From Raja brachyura (lineage: Eukaryota): DNA of 64,000 nucleotides. Position numbers and translations under genes: made by a program. This document shows, piece by piece, positions 48,620 through 61,249 of this stretch. The notes under the pieces are model-generated. The model had not been told where the DNA came from. It worked only from the letters and a program-made list of their open reading frames with translations, and searched no databases. The stretch lies in assembly GCA_963514005.1 (NCBI GenBank), contig OY740782.1, positions 80,166,001-80,230,000 of the forward strand. Reading direction: 5' to 3'. Numbering within the stretch: the first letter of the stretch is position 1; the number at the start of each line of letters is the position of its first letter.

Positions 48620-48740
48620 GGGTTACACAAAAAGCTGGAGAAACTCAGCATGTGCAGCAGCATCTAAGGAGCGAAGGAGATAGGCGACGTTTCGGGTCGA
48701 GACCCTTCTTCAGACCTTTTCACCCAGCATTTGGTGTACC
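48620..48740 (-). mobile_element. Penelope terminal-repeat copy with an intact hammerhead-like motif
   Basis: Minus strand AGGT-CTGAAGA-A-GGGT-CTCG-ACCC-GAAAC-GTC-GCCT (48682-48717). Confidence 0.8.
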
Positions 48741-50969
48741 TATATGCCCCAGTTCCCCCAACCTATATTCCTCACATTTTCAGGTGAGTGGACATGACTG
48801 TGAAGCAAATAAAGAATGAGTTAAACCAGTTTCCAAAGCACATGGGTATAATTCAGCAAAAGATTGATACAATACACCAAAAGATAAAGAAAGATTGGTA
48901 GCCCTGCCCTCAATCGGCAACTTTTCTATTTTATGGACATGCCCTACACCAAGTCACTGTTGGATAATTTCAGATCAAATGTAGCATGGTTAGGTCTATG
49001 GTAAAGTATTGTCCTCCATGCACTTACAAAAGACTTTAAACATAACTTTAAGGATTCAGAATAGCAGTTCCATGGATTGAAAATATTTAGTGAGATTTGG
49101 GCCAAATGGGACCAACTTGGATAAACATTTTGATTGGCAAGTATGAGTTGGGCCAAAGAGCCTGTTTCCATGATGTGTGTATCTATGACAGTTCCATTTT
49201 TAGTCAGCTGGACACTTTTATTTTGTAGTCTTGATCTTCTTCTGAACTCTTTGATTGAGCCATACAACGTCAATCAATACTGAATTATGGGATATGCATC
49301 TGTGAATGAGGGTCAATTAGGAGATTTCAATTAGGATTACTCAAACTGTGTATCTGGAAATTTTAATCACATCAGTCTAGTTCTGGAAACAGATTGAGAT
49401 GATTTAAGTGCTTTTCTAACTATGTAAAGTGCCCACGCTACATAGACTGATTCATATTTGAATGGCAAAGTAAGTTTTCTGATGTTTACTATACTTAAAT
49501 TTTAGCTTGCATCCTTGATGGTTTGCAAATCTGTATTCTTTTTCTCCTGGAAGACTTATTATTAAATTGCAGTATCTCCAATGACCAGCTCAATACATGA
49601 AAACAGGCAGTGAGAAATGTAGGAGGCTGATGGTAATACAACAGTAATTTAATAAACTGAGACTATAATGTATTTCCATTTTCACTGATTCAATAAGAGA
49701 ATTTCAACAAAGTAAAAAAGCTACTCTTTCAATGACAACTTGAAAAAGTAAAGCATTTATCTCACGAACAATGAGAATTGCTAGCAATTTTTCCATTAAT
49801 AATGCCCTTTAAATTTACATGGTGTATATTGATTTAGAAACAAGTTCCGGGGTACATCTGCGATCGGCCATTTTGGGCCATATTTTTCATGGATAAAGAA
49901 TAGAGCTGGTAAAAGTGTGTGTGATCAAGTCTTACATCCAAAAAAATCAATTTAACATCAAAACAAATAAAGCATCATCACACAATCCAAGAAATGACCA
50001 ACCCAATTATGACCTAAGAATGCAAAATATAGTTATTTACTGAAATTGTTCAATGACCTGTGTCTGTGCCTCTAACATCTATGAAACTGTATCAAGGAAA
50101 GGTAATTTGAAAAAGTTGTCATTTTCTTGTTTCTCATAATTGTTTCATGCCAAAAGGATTTTCCCACAGGTTTGTAGATCTAATTCTGAACAACTTGAAA
50201 CATGTTGGCCCTTTAAATAGCTTGACAGAACAAACAACTTAGTTCACTCACTTCACCGTCTCGCCATGCTTTTCAATCAAGAGATTGTCAAGAAAGCACA
50301 CCAACAGTGAACGCTGGATTTGCCTGAATTTCAATTATGTTCTGACACGTTCAAAACCTCTGCTTCTGGGTGGTCTAAAAGAACATTTGCCCAGAACTTA
50401 CACTTCAGCGTCTGACAAAAAACAAGCTTACAGTTTATTGATATTCATGACTACAAGTATTTTGAAAGACATCTTTATTATTTATTTTTAATGAGAAAAA
50501 TATTACAACAGAATGTGAATAAAAGGCATTACACTAAAGTAGACATCAGCAGTAAGAACCACAACTACTATATATTTTTCAGACAGACAATAAGAGCTAT
50601 ATTGTTTTTGTTTGCTTCATCTATCATCAGAAAAATAAGTAGGGAAGTGTATTGAGATACCTCCACCCTGCCAATGTGTTGCCCTCTTGTGCACCTGGGA
50701 AGTAATGCCCTTTGGTCCCTTTGTAACAGTATTAATGATAGAAGGGAGGTGTAACTCAGATACATATCCAATTTCAAGCTCTCTGCCATTGCTACATTTG
50801 GCTTCAGGGAAAGGTAGCATACTGTTTATAATAGCTGCAACAGCAATTGGCTTGTTCGGTGAAATTAGCCCAGTACTATGAATCTGCAGAAACAAGCAAA
50901 TCATTTCTGTCATCTTCATGCAACATCCTCTTTCTTCCAGCATAGTCTTGAGTATCTTCTATGACCGAA

Positions 50970-51790
50970 CTGGGTGACAAAATGTCTCCTGCTCCCTAGA
51001 ACTGGAATATCTTACTGTAAAGTGTCGTCCATCCTACCTGCTGTGGGAAATTTGCTTTGCCTATTCCGATTGCAGTCTACAACCCATCCAAGGTCGATGC
51101 TGAGTTTGCACTTGAAACGAATTAAGCTGAGGCCTTGTTCATTATTGCCAGGGAATTCAATCAGGCCAATGTCAATTGTGCTGCCAACATACTATCAGCA
51201 TGTCTCTTGTGCAAACAGAGGGCAAATATACCCTCAACCACAACTACACAACCAAAACAAAAGCGTAATGCTCCATTCTCAGACGACACTGGTAAATCTG
51301 ATCACCTGGCTCTCCTTTTACTCTCGCTCACATCCTGCTCAAAGCAGAAACTGAAGCCAGAGGATCCGATGGGGAAAGCCATGAGGTGCTAGTCCGAAGA
51401 AACAGATCCCTTTGCAACTGCTTTGAGTTGGTGGAACTGGTCTGTATTCAATTAATTTGCAGTAATCTACATGATAATGCCACTGCTGTCACAGACTTTA
51501 TCAGCAATTAGATAGAGGACTGTGTACGAATGAAGGCAAAACATGTATTCCCCAACCTGAAACCATGGATGAACCGCAAGGTCCACTCCCTGGTGAAGTC
51601 CAAGTCTGCAGTATTCAAGTCAAGTCGTCCCGAGCAATATAAAAAACCTATCTATGATCTTCACAGAGGCATTATGAACGCCAAGAGGGAATTTTGGACT
51701 AAGTTGAAGTCACAAAACAATGAGATGGATACCATTGGTAGATCGTGGTTACATGCTAAAATGGGCTACAAAGCAAAGGTAGACAGTATT
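50970..51790 (+). mobile_element. Decayed Rex1/Babar endonuclease region
   Basis: Remnants FIIAREFNQAN, GKSDHLALLL, VFPNLKPWMN parallel 56951-57580. Confidence 0.75.
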
Positions 51791-53154
51791 CATTGGGTCA
51801 TAATTGTATTAGATCTATCCAATCTTTTGTGAACAAGATATATCCTGCCATTTTTTCACATTGTCAGGTAGATGCTAGCATTTTATCCGGACTGGAATAG
51901 ACTGGCTGGAGACTGCTGCTACTGGAATACAGGACATCAGTGCTGGTCCCATACCCTTCACTGTTTCTTAACATCATATAGTGAATCGAATTGGCTGAAA
52001 GTTGGCTTCTGTGGGACTAAGATTGATCCTCATCTCGGATACTGGCTTTATGGAGTTTGCATGTTTTTCCTTTGCTCACTTATGTTTCAATGGCTGATTT
52101 GCTTGCCTTTCATATCCAATGCAGGTATATTAATTGGCCACTGCCTTCAACACACACTTGCTGACCCCAACTGCAGAAGATATTGCAGCCTCCTCCTCCC
52201 TCTGGAGGTTTAATTATGCACAGTTAATAGTCATGAGAATGGTTGAGAGGTAACCAGATTGCTGTTGGCCTAGAGTCATATTTTCTAATTGTAAATTGAC
52301 TTGTTATGTAATGGCTGTTATTTAATGGGTATATGTGATAAGGCAGAAAGAACTGTGATCACAAAACATTAGTTTTTCAACTAATAATCCTGTTGGGAAC
52401 TGAATTTGTACCTCTGGTTTATTAATTTGGGTTACGTCTAGTAATTTAATAATTGTATCATGGACACACCATCAAATTTACAGCACAAAAAACCATTATT
52501 TAGCTCAAGCGATCTGTACCAATGTTCATGTACCACACCTGCATTCCAAATCACTTCATCAGCCAAACATTTGAATTCCCTATTTTCTTCATACTCTTTT
52601 GAGGCCTCTGTGAAATACATCCATACTATTTCCCTCAACTATTTAATAGTGGGAACAAGCCTATATATTTTCCATTCAGGATAAAGAAGTAACTAAAATT
52701 CTTCAATGATTTATTAATTACCTACTTTGCGACCCTAAGTTTCGGGTTGTTTTCTGGCTACTTTTTCAGTTCTGGAATGAAGCTTGCCAGAGCCAGATTT
52801 TGTATTTTTAACTTCTCCATCTTTCATTTCTTTCTCCAAATGCATGGTCCCAATGTTAAAATGATTTCTTCACAGCTTTACCAGCCAACATCACAACCTT
52901 TAGTGATTTGTCAATCTGCATAAGTCAATCCCTTTTTTCTACCATCTCCAAGACATTCTTATTCAAAGATAACAAAGCCTTACTCTTGCTACTAAATTGT
53001 AACAGATCCCACTTGTGTTAGTTCATATTATCATTACAACTTGCAAGTTTATTAATATAATCTGTTGTTAGTGTTTTCCTCCATTTTTGATTTACTTGTA
53101 AAAATTGAAATTTTAGCTTCAATTTCCGGGTCCAAAATTCTCATAATCAGGTCC

Positions 53155-53290
53155 GGGGTGGTAGATTGCAACCTTCACATGGTCCGCCCTGTTTCGACTA
53201 ATGCAACCAATTTGACGTGCACAAACGGAAGATCAAATAGACCAAGTTGTCCTACAACTTTAGGCTGTGCACGCCACACAAAAGAAGAAG
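53155..53290 (+). mobile_element. Short retroposed element with a (GAA)n tail, possibly Vingi/Ingi- or RTE-related
   Basis: Ends GGCTGTGCACGCCACACAAAAGAAGAAG; flanked by ATCAGGTCC duplication (53146-53154, 53294-53302). Confidence 0.5.
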
Positions 53291-53324
53291 ATCATCAGGT
53301 CCAAGTTTCTCATCATCATCAGGT

Positions 53325-54135
53325 ACAGCATGGTTATCAAAAAATACAGCAGGATCTTGATGAGCTGGGCAAGTGGGGCAAGGAATAGTTTATGGAATTT
53401 AATGCAGTAAAGTGCAAGATGTTGCATTTTGGGAAATCAAACTACGGCAGAACCTTCACAGTGAATAGAGGGGCACTGGGAAATGTTGTAGAGCAGCGGA
53501 ATCTAGGAGTACAAGTACATGGTGAAACTGGTGTCATAAGTAGTTAGGGTAGGAAACATGGCTTTTGGTACATTAAGCTTCATCAGTCAGGTTATTGAGC
53601 ACATAAGTTGGGATGTTATGTTACAATTGTACAAGAGAGAAGTGAGGCCACATTTGAAGTATTGTGCTGAGCTTTGGTCACCCTGTTACAGGAAGAATGT
53701 CATTAATCTGGAGAGAGTGCAGAGGTTTACAAGGATGTTGCCAGGACTCCTGGGCTGAGCTAACACTTTATCCCTTGGAGCGCAGGAGGCTGAGGCGTGA
53801 TCTTAGAAAGGTGTCTAAAATCATGAGAGAAATTGGGTGAGCACACAGTCTTTTATTCAGGGTAGAGGAATCAAGAACCAGAAGACATTGGTTTAAGGTG
53901 AAAGGGGCAAGATTTAACAGAAACCTGAGGGACAACATTTTCACTCAGAGGGTTGTGGATATATAGAATGTGCTGCCAGAGGAGGTAGTTGGAGCAGGCA
54001 CTACAATAGGTTTTAAAAGACACTTGGATAAGAACGCTTAGAGGGACATGGACCAAATGTGACCAAATGGGATTAGCATAAACAGGGTACCTTGGTCCGC
54101 AGGGACGAGTTGGGTCAATTTGTGCTGTATGACTA
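53325..54135 (+). mobile_element. Decayed CR1 3' fragment
   Basis: QQDLDELGKW and WDVMLQLYKREVRPHLKYC remnants plus tail. Confidence 0.85.
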
Positions 54136-54569
54136 ATGGTGTTATAAAATGGATATTGTCTGAAACAATGTCTGATACCGACATCCAAGATACAAATTTT
54201 TATGCTTTGAAAATAATCTGTTTTTGGATGTCTTAATACTTCTTAATTATGGGTAATATTATTAATGTATCACAGTATTTTTTAATTTTCTTAGTGTTGT
54301 TTTGAATTATGAATTTAAGTCTAACGAAGTAATGGAAGAGTAAGAAATCAGCTTCTTAAGATGAAGATAAGGATGTGGAACTAAATCTGTTGTCACTACA
54401 TTTATTGATACACATAATAAAAACATATTGTACTATGTTCCAGGAAAGTACGCGTCCTGTCCTACACTGCGCAAAGCATTTATTATCGAATGAACAGCTT
54501 CATATGTTTAACCAAAATCACAAATGTTTTAATTTTAATATATAATGGCCTGTACTAAGTACTTTTTTT

Positions 54570-57500
54570 GTAATCAATTAATCAAGTTTTATTCGTCACT
54601 TGCACATAAGTGCACATAAGTGCAAGTGAAATGAATTTGCCAGCAGTGGTACAATAAGAAAGAACGCACAATACACAATACAAAAAAATTACACAAACAT
54701 CCACCACAGCATTCATCACTGTTGTGGAAGGCACAAAAATTGGCCAGTCCTCCTCCATTTTCCCGTCGTGGTCGGGACCTCAACCCTCCACAGTCGCCGC
54801 TGCAGGCATCCAGATGCACAGACAGGGTAAGTCCAGGTAAGTCCTGAATCGGTGCCTCCCCACCAGAGGCCACGGCTTCAAGATGGTGTAGCCCACGGTC
54901 GAAATTTAAAGTCCCCGCCGCGCCGCAGCCAGAAGCACCGCAGACCGCAGGGCCAGCAGTCAGAGCTCCTCTCCAGGGATCCCGGGCAAGGGACCCCGCT
55001 CCGGATGGTAAGTCCCCGCCGCGCAAGCAGTAGAAGTTGGCCTCGGACTGGCGGTCAGAGCTCTTCTCCTCCGGAGTCTCCAATGAGGTATCCCAGGCTG
55101 CGGATTCCGTGCCAGCTGGAGCTCCGCAGACTGCAGCTTCAGGCAAGCATGGGCCAGCGAATGGAGCGCCCCCATCCGGCGAGGGCTCTCCCGCTCTGCG
55201 ACGAGAGTCCGCGCTGAGCCCGCTGCCAAAGCCCCGAGAGCGTCTCCAGGAAAGGCCGCACCAATCCTCAATGTTAGGCCATGGGGGAGGTGACATGGAA
55301 AAAGTTGCCTCTCCGTGGAGGAGGCGACCAAAACGGTTTCTGATGGCTCTGGGGAAGGAGCTGTTCCTGAACCTGGATGTTGCCGATTTCAGGCTCCTGT
55401 ACCTTCTACCTGAAGGCAGTGAAGAGATGAATGTGTGGCAAGGATGGTGTGAGTCATTGATGATGCTGTCAGCCTTTTTGTGGCAGCGACTGTGGTAGAT
55501 CCCCTTGATAGTTGGGAGGTCAGGGCCGATGATGGACTGGGCAGTGTTTACAACTTTTTGCAGTCTTTTCCACTCCTGGGCGCTCAACTTGCCAAATCAA
55601 GCCACAAAAGCATGCTTTCTACTGTGCACCTGTAGAAATTCGAGAGAGTCCTCCTTGACATACCGACTCTCCATAATCTTCTCTGGACGTAGAGGCACTG
55701 ATGTGCTTTCTTTATAATTGCATCAGTGTTCTAGGACCAGGAGAGATCTTCAGAGATATGCACGCCCAGGAATTTGAAGCTCTTGACCCTTTCCACCATC
55801 GACCCGTTGATATAAACGGGACCATAGGTCCCCATCCTATTCATTCCAAAGTCCGCAATCAGATCCTTGGTTTTGCTGGTGTTCAGAACCAGGTTATTGT
55901 GCTGGCACCATTTGGTCAATCGGTCTATACTTTGACTCATCTCCATCAATGATGCGTTCCACAACAGTGGTGTCATTAGCGAACTTGATGATGGTGTTCG
56001 CACTGTGACCGGCCACGCAGTCATGAGTATACAGTGAGTACAGCAGGGGGCTGAGCACGCAGCCTTCAGGTGCTCCTGTGCTGATTGTTATTGAGTCTTA
56101 CACATTTCCACCAATACGAACAGACTGTGGTTTGTGAATGAGGAAGTCGAGGATCCAATTGCAGAGGGATGCGCGGAGACCCAGTTCTGAGAGCTTGGTA
56201 ACCAGCTTGGTCCAACCAGAGGGGATGGTTGTTTTAAATGCCGAGCTGTAGTCAATGAATACGTATGAGTATGAGTGACGTATGAGTTTTTGTTGTCCAA
56301 GTGGTCCAGAGCCGAGTGGAGAGCTAGCGAGATCGCATCCACCATTGATCTTTTGTGGTGGTAAGCGAACTGCAGTGGGTCCAGGTTTTTGTCGAGGTAT
56401 GCGTTGATTTGCTCCATGATCAGCCTCTCAAAGCATTTCATCACCACAGGTCGATAGTCATTAAGGCACATCACTTTGCCCTTCTTGGGCACCAGTATTA
56501 TTAATGCCCTTTTAAAGCAGGTGAGAACCTCAGACCTCAGAAATGAGAGGTTGAAAATGTTCGTAAAAACTCCAGCCAGTTGGTCCGTATGGGTTTTTAG
56601 AACACGACCGGGTATACCATCAGGTCCAGGCGCTTTCCGAGGGTTCACCCCTCTGAAGGATTTTCTGACGTCGACCTCTGTGACTCTGCCAGAAATACCA
56701 TCATGGCAAATGGGGGCTCGGGAAGGCACATCAGTGTTCTCCCTATCAAAGCGTGCGTAAAACGCATTGAGCTCGCCAGGGAGTGATGCTTCGCTGACAT
56801 TTGAGCTGCCTCCTGATTTTGCCTTGTAGGAGGCCACGCCACAGTTGCCGAACATCTTTCTCATCTTCCAGCTTGGAGCAGAAGTCCCTTTTGGCCTTTT
56901 TGATGGCATTACCACGGTTGTATCTGGACTTCTTGTAGCCCTCTGTATCTTCAGACATGAATGCCCGGTGTCTGGCCTTCAGAAGAGAAACCCCCCCCGC
57001 CCCACCCCATCGACCAGCTCTGTACTGTCCTCACCTCTGGGGGTGCGCTCTTCAATTGCTGCCTGTAGGCAGAAAGAAAAAGCACCGCAGTATGGTCGGT
57101 TTTGCCGAAGTGAGGGCGAGGGATAGAGCGATAGGCATCCTTGATGGTCGTGTAGCAGTGGTCGAGGTTGTTTGGTCCTCTGATGTTGCAGGACACATGT
57201 TGGTAGAAGTTAGGGAGCGATTTCTTAAGGTTGGCTTTGTTAAAATTCCCATCTATGGTGGTAAATGCCTCGGGGTAAACTGTCGGGTGTTTGTTGACCA
57301 CGGCGTCCAGCTCCTCCAGTGCCAGATAGACATCAGCTTGGGGAGGGATGTAGACCGCGGTCAGGATGATGGAGGTGAATTCCCTTGGTAGGTAGAAGGG
57401 ACGGCACTTCACAGCCAGGTGTTCCAGGCGTGGGGAGCAGGAGTTGGACTGGACTGCCACGTCTGAGCACCACGCAGAGTTGACCATGAGGCAGACGCCC

Positions 57501-57790
57501 TCTCCTCTCCCTTTCACTGGACCGGTGAGTCTGGGGAGCTGGGGGTGAGCCATGTCTCTGTGAAACAGAACACAGAGCATTCCCTCAGCTCCCTTTGATA
57601 AAACAGTCTTGTCCTTAAGTCAACTTTATTTTCAAGGGACTGTTCAAGGGCCAGAAAGATGGTAGGGAGAGGGGGTTGAAGTCCCCAGCGCTTCAGTCTG
57701 ACCTGAAGTCCCGCCCGTCGGCCACATTTCCGGACACAATGGAGGCCTCCCCGTTGTTTCCAGGTATTGTGCTTACTGTACCTGCTGTTT
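54570..57790 (-). mobile_element. Rex1/Babar LINE, ~3.2 kb, frameshifted, with a long GC-rich 3' UTR
   Basis: APE (FCFTETWL, AVYIPPQA, GNFNKANL, FGKTDH), RT ([35 protein letters not shown]), C-terminus (KFLGVHISEDLSWS, LPSGRRYRS); 3' hairpin and AATAAA. Confidence 0.92.
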
Positions 57791-58975
57791 CTCCTTCCTC
57801 CTTTCTTAGGTGGCCCCAGCACTTATGACGCACACAATGTGTCGAGTGGACTTTTATTATCAAGAGATGACGTAGTACACCGTTGGCAACTAGGTAGACG
57901 ATCTTTGGTTTGAAGATGTCCATGTGTGAGTCAACAATGATTGCAGCTTGGTTTTCAAGTATCGACCTTCCAGACAAAATGTAGCTTCAAGCTTCAGCTG
58001 CAATTTGTTACCTTTCCTAAGTGATACTATTCGTGTGTGACACAAGGCTCTTTTGTTGAGGTGATGCACCGACTAGCCTTAACACTATTACATTCTTATG
58101 TGTATATTTGTATAATTTCAAACTGTTTTTATTTGCATTTAACACTTTCATTGGTTGAAGGTGATAAGCAGCAGCTGCTTCTGGGCTCTGTTGACTGCTA
58201 GTTTGTTGCTCTCTTTCTATGTTAATTGTGGATAATGTTACCACTCAGTTGAACTCCTACTGTGCTGCAGCTGCTTCACTTCTGGTTAATTTGCAGAAAT
58301 CAATGCAGGTGTGAAATGTTTAAACCAAATGGTGATGTTAGAAATGCAAACACAGTTCTAGATAGTGACACCTTAATTATGCAATTTGACCAAAGTAAAT
58401 TTGGGTCTGTGACAATGGGTGAAGTCTTTAAATGTTTTTCAATGGTGCTTTCCTTCTAAATCAAATGAAAAGACCCAGACTATGGAAATGAATTTAGCAG
58501 CATGAATGCTGTGAATCACTTGTACTTAAACCTTAAATTTCAGTTTGAAAAGCACCCATTTAAAGTATTACATTGACAACTGCATTGGTGCTACCTCCTG
58601 CACCCATACAGAACTCACTGACTTCATCCATTTCACCACTAACTTCCATCCGGCACTCAAATACATCAGGACCATTTCCAACATCTCCCTACCATTTCTA
58701 GACCTCACTATCTCCATCGCAGGTAACAGACTACTGACCGACATCTACTATAAACCCACTGACTCCCATGGCGATCTGGACTACATTTCTTCCCACCCTG
58801 CTTCCTGTAAGGACTCCATCCCCTACTCCCAATTCCTCCGTCTACGCCGCATCTGCATCCAGGATGAGGTGTTCCAAACCAGGGCATCGGAGATGTCCTC
58901 ATTCTTCAGGGAATGGGGGTCCCCCTCTTCTACTATAGATGAGGCTCTCACCAGGGTCTCTTCTATACCCCGTAA

Positions 58976-61041
58976 TAGCCTGTCTCACGGTGCGAGTTGA
59001 CTCACGAGTGACCCCGAATGAAAGACTCGTGGTTGTGTACGAGACTCCAAGTTTACGATCAAGAGTTTAACCGAGTTCCCACGGGTATGACTAAGTTTGC
59101 CATTTACTTCTCATTTCCGCGATGTTCCAAGTTCCTCTCCTGAGTTACCAAGGTTCCTCTCCCGAGGAACCAAGAATGAAAGCCTGTTTTAAGTATCAAA
59201 TAGAGGAGCTGGACAGCATCTCGTACAGTGCAGTATAATTCATTATTGAAAGTTATTCAATTTCAGAACTTTAAAAAACTAGGCAGGATCTTGGCCCCGC
59301 ACTCGCTGCCATTGTGCAGCAAGGAGGCGGTGCGGCGAAGCAACAGTGTAAAAAGAAGACAACTCCATCCTGTGGCTTTGAGTTAAAGATAGAATTCAGC
59401 GTGGCCGCGTCTATTGATATGACCTACAAAGGTAAAATGCGCACCGTCCAGTGCCAGAGCTAGGCTGGGATCATTCTCTGCACTCATCTCTCTCTTTCTG
59501 TGTGTGCATTAGCAGGGGGAAGAGCGGTCTAGAAGACCACTACCGCCTGCCCCTTGCAACCATCAACTTGTTTGTTCCTTTGGTGCGCCTCATCTGCCCT
59601 CCTCCCATCCCAGTGCTGCCCCAGCTCTCTGCCCCATTCTCTTGGAAATGTCGCTTGCGCCGCTGTAACGAGGAGGGGTCCAGCTGGCTGGCTTGGTGGG
59701 TGGGTGGGTGAGCAGGGAGGGGGAGTGGGTACAAACCACCATTCTCATTCTCAAAAGTCAGGCAGAGCCATGTAGAATTCACGTTTCTCTCTGCTTCATA
59801 TACGTGGGAATACCCTCAATATGGTCACTCAGTGGGCAGGCAGCACCTCTGGAGAGAAGGAATGGGTGACGGGATGACGTTTAAAATTTAAATCATGGGC
59901 AAACCATCTTGGAAACCGTGGAGCCCATATCATTGGACCCAGGACTCTCAGTGAATGTTGTTCAAAAAGTGTTGCCAATCTCTTTTGTTGGAGATGGTCA
60001 TTGCCTGATAATAGAATTACAGTCAAACAGCACAGAACCATCCCTTCACATCCTTTTTACCCATCCTCACTAATCGCATTTGCTCAAATTAGGTCCTTAT
60101 CCTTTCCCTGCCTTGTCTATTTAAATACTTTAGAGAATACAGGCCCTTTAGCCCACCGAGTCTGTGCCTGCACATTAACACCATCCTACCCACAATAGGG
60201 ACAACTTTTACGAGCCAATTAACCTACAAACCTGAACATCTTTGGAGTGTGGGAGGAAGCCGAAGACCTCGGAGAAAAACCACGCAGGTCACGGGGAGAC
60301 ATACCCACAAAGTCATTCACATCAAGATCCATTTTGTTTTGATGCTCGTTTATTGAGATGATGAAACTGCAATGTTACAGTTCAATCACAATCACTGGAA
60401 GCACAGAACAAATTGTGAGCTTTCCAAACCTTGGTGTAACAAACAATGTGAAATCAAGAGGGTAATAACCATATAACAATAACCATATAACAATTACAGC
60501 ACGGAAACAGGCCTTCTCGGCCTTTCCAGTCCGTGCCGACCATTTATTTTCCCCTCGTCCCATCTACCTGCACTCAGACCATACCCCTCCATTCCCTTCC
60601 CGTCCAGAGAGAGACAGTACTAATTCCAATCACCACAATCTAAATCAAGACAGGATCAGCCTCCACACAGGGACTTTCCCACAGTCCGTGTCTGCCCATC
60701 ACCACCACTCCCATTGCCCCTGCCGCTTTCTTGTCTACATGTGTGTGTCAGAGAGATGGCACCACTCTGTACTGCTGCACCTTTCAACTGGGATGCCCAA
60801 CTGTTCCTGGTCGGATTTGAGGAAGGGCTCCAGCAGAATGGACGAAGAGGGGAGTCAGGTGAAAGAGGGCGGACTTGTCTGTTCTGAGCAGTCCCTGGGC
60901 TTCAGTACCTGCCGTTAGCACCACAAGTCGCTAAGTTCCGCGCGCGAGTTCCGACGTTTTCGCTACGTTAATTGTATGTAATTACCGCGAGTGAAAACTC
61001 GGGGTCACTCGTCGGTCGACTCGCACTGTGAGACAGGGGTT
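58976..61041. mobile_element. PIF/Harbinger-type non-autonomous element, ~2.07 kb
   Basis: ~40-bp TIRs CCTGTCTCACGGTGCGAGTTGAC..CGAGTGACCCCGA / TCGGGGTCACTCG..GTCGACTCGCACTGTGAGACAGG; TAA duplication 58973-58975 / 61042-61044; contains pLTR (~59830-59880), SINE (~60130-60300, minus) and CR1 tail (~60465-60605, minus) pieces. Confidence 0.85.
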
Positions 61042-61249
61042 TAACTCTGCTCTCACTCCCCATCTCCCCACTAGTAACAAGGGCAGAGTCCCCCTTGTCC
61101 GCATCTTCCACCCTACCAGCCGTCACGTACAACAGCTAATCCTCCGACATTTTCATCACCTCCATCGGGATCCCACCACTGGCCACATTTTCCCATCTCC
61201 TCCCCTTTCGGCTTTCCACAGAGACCGCTCCATCTGCAACTCCCTGGTT

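Noticed and set aside
54589-55587. 332-aa minus-strand ORF
   Set aside because: Only the first ~83 aa are Rex1 ORF C-terminus; the rest is read-through of GC-rich UTR with no recognisable domain
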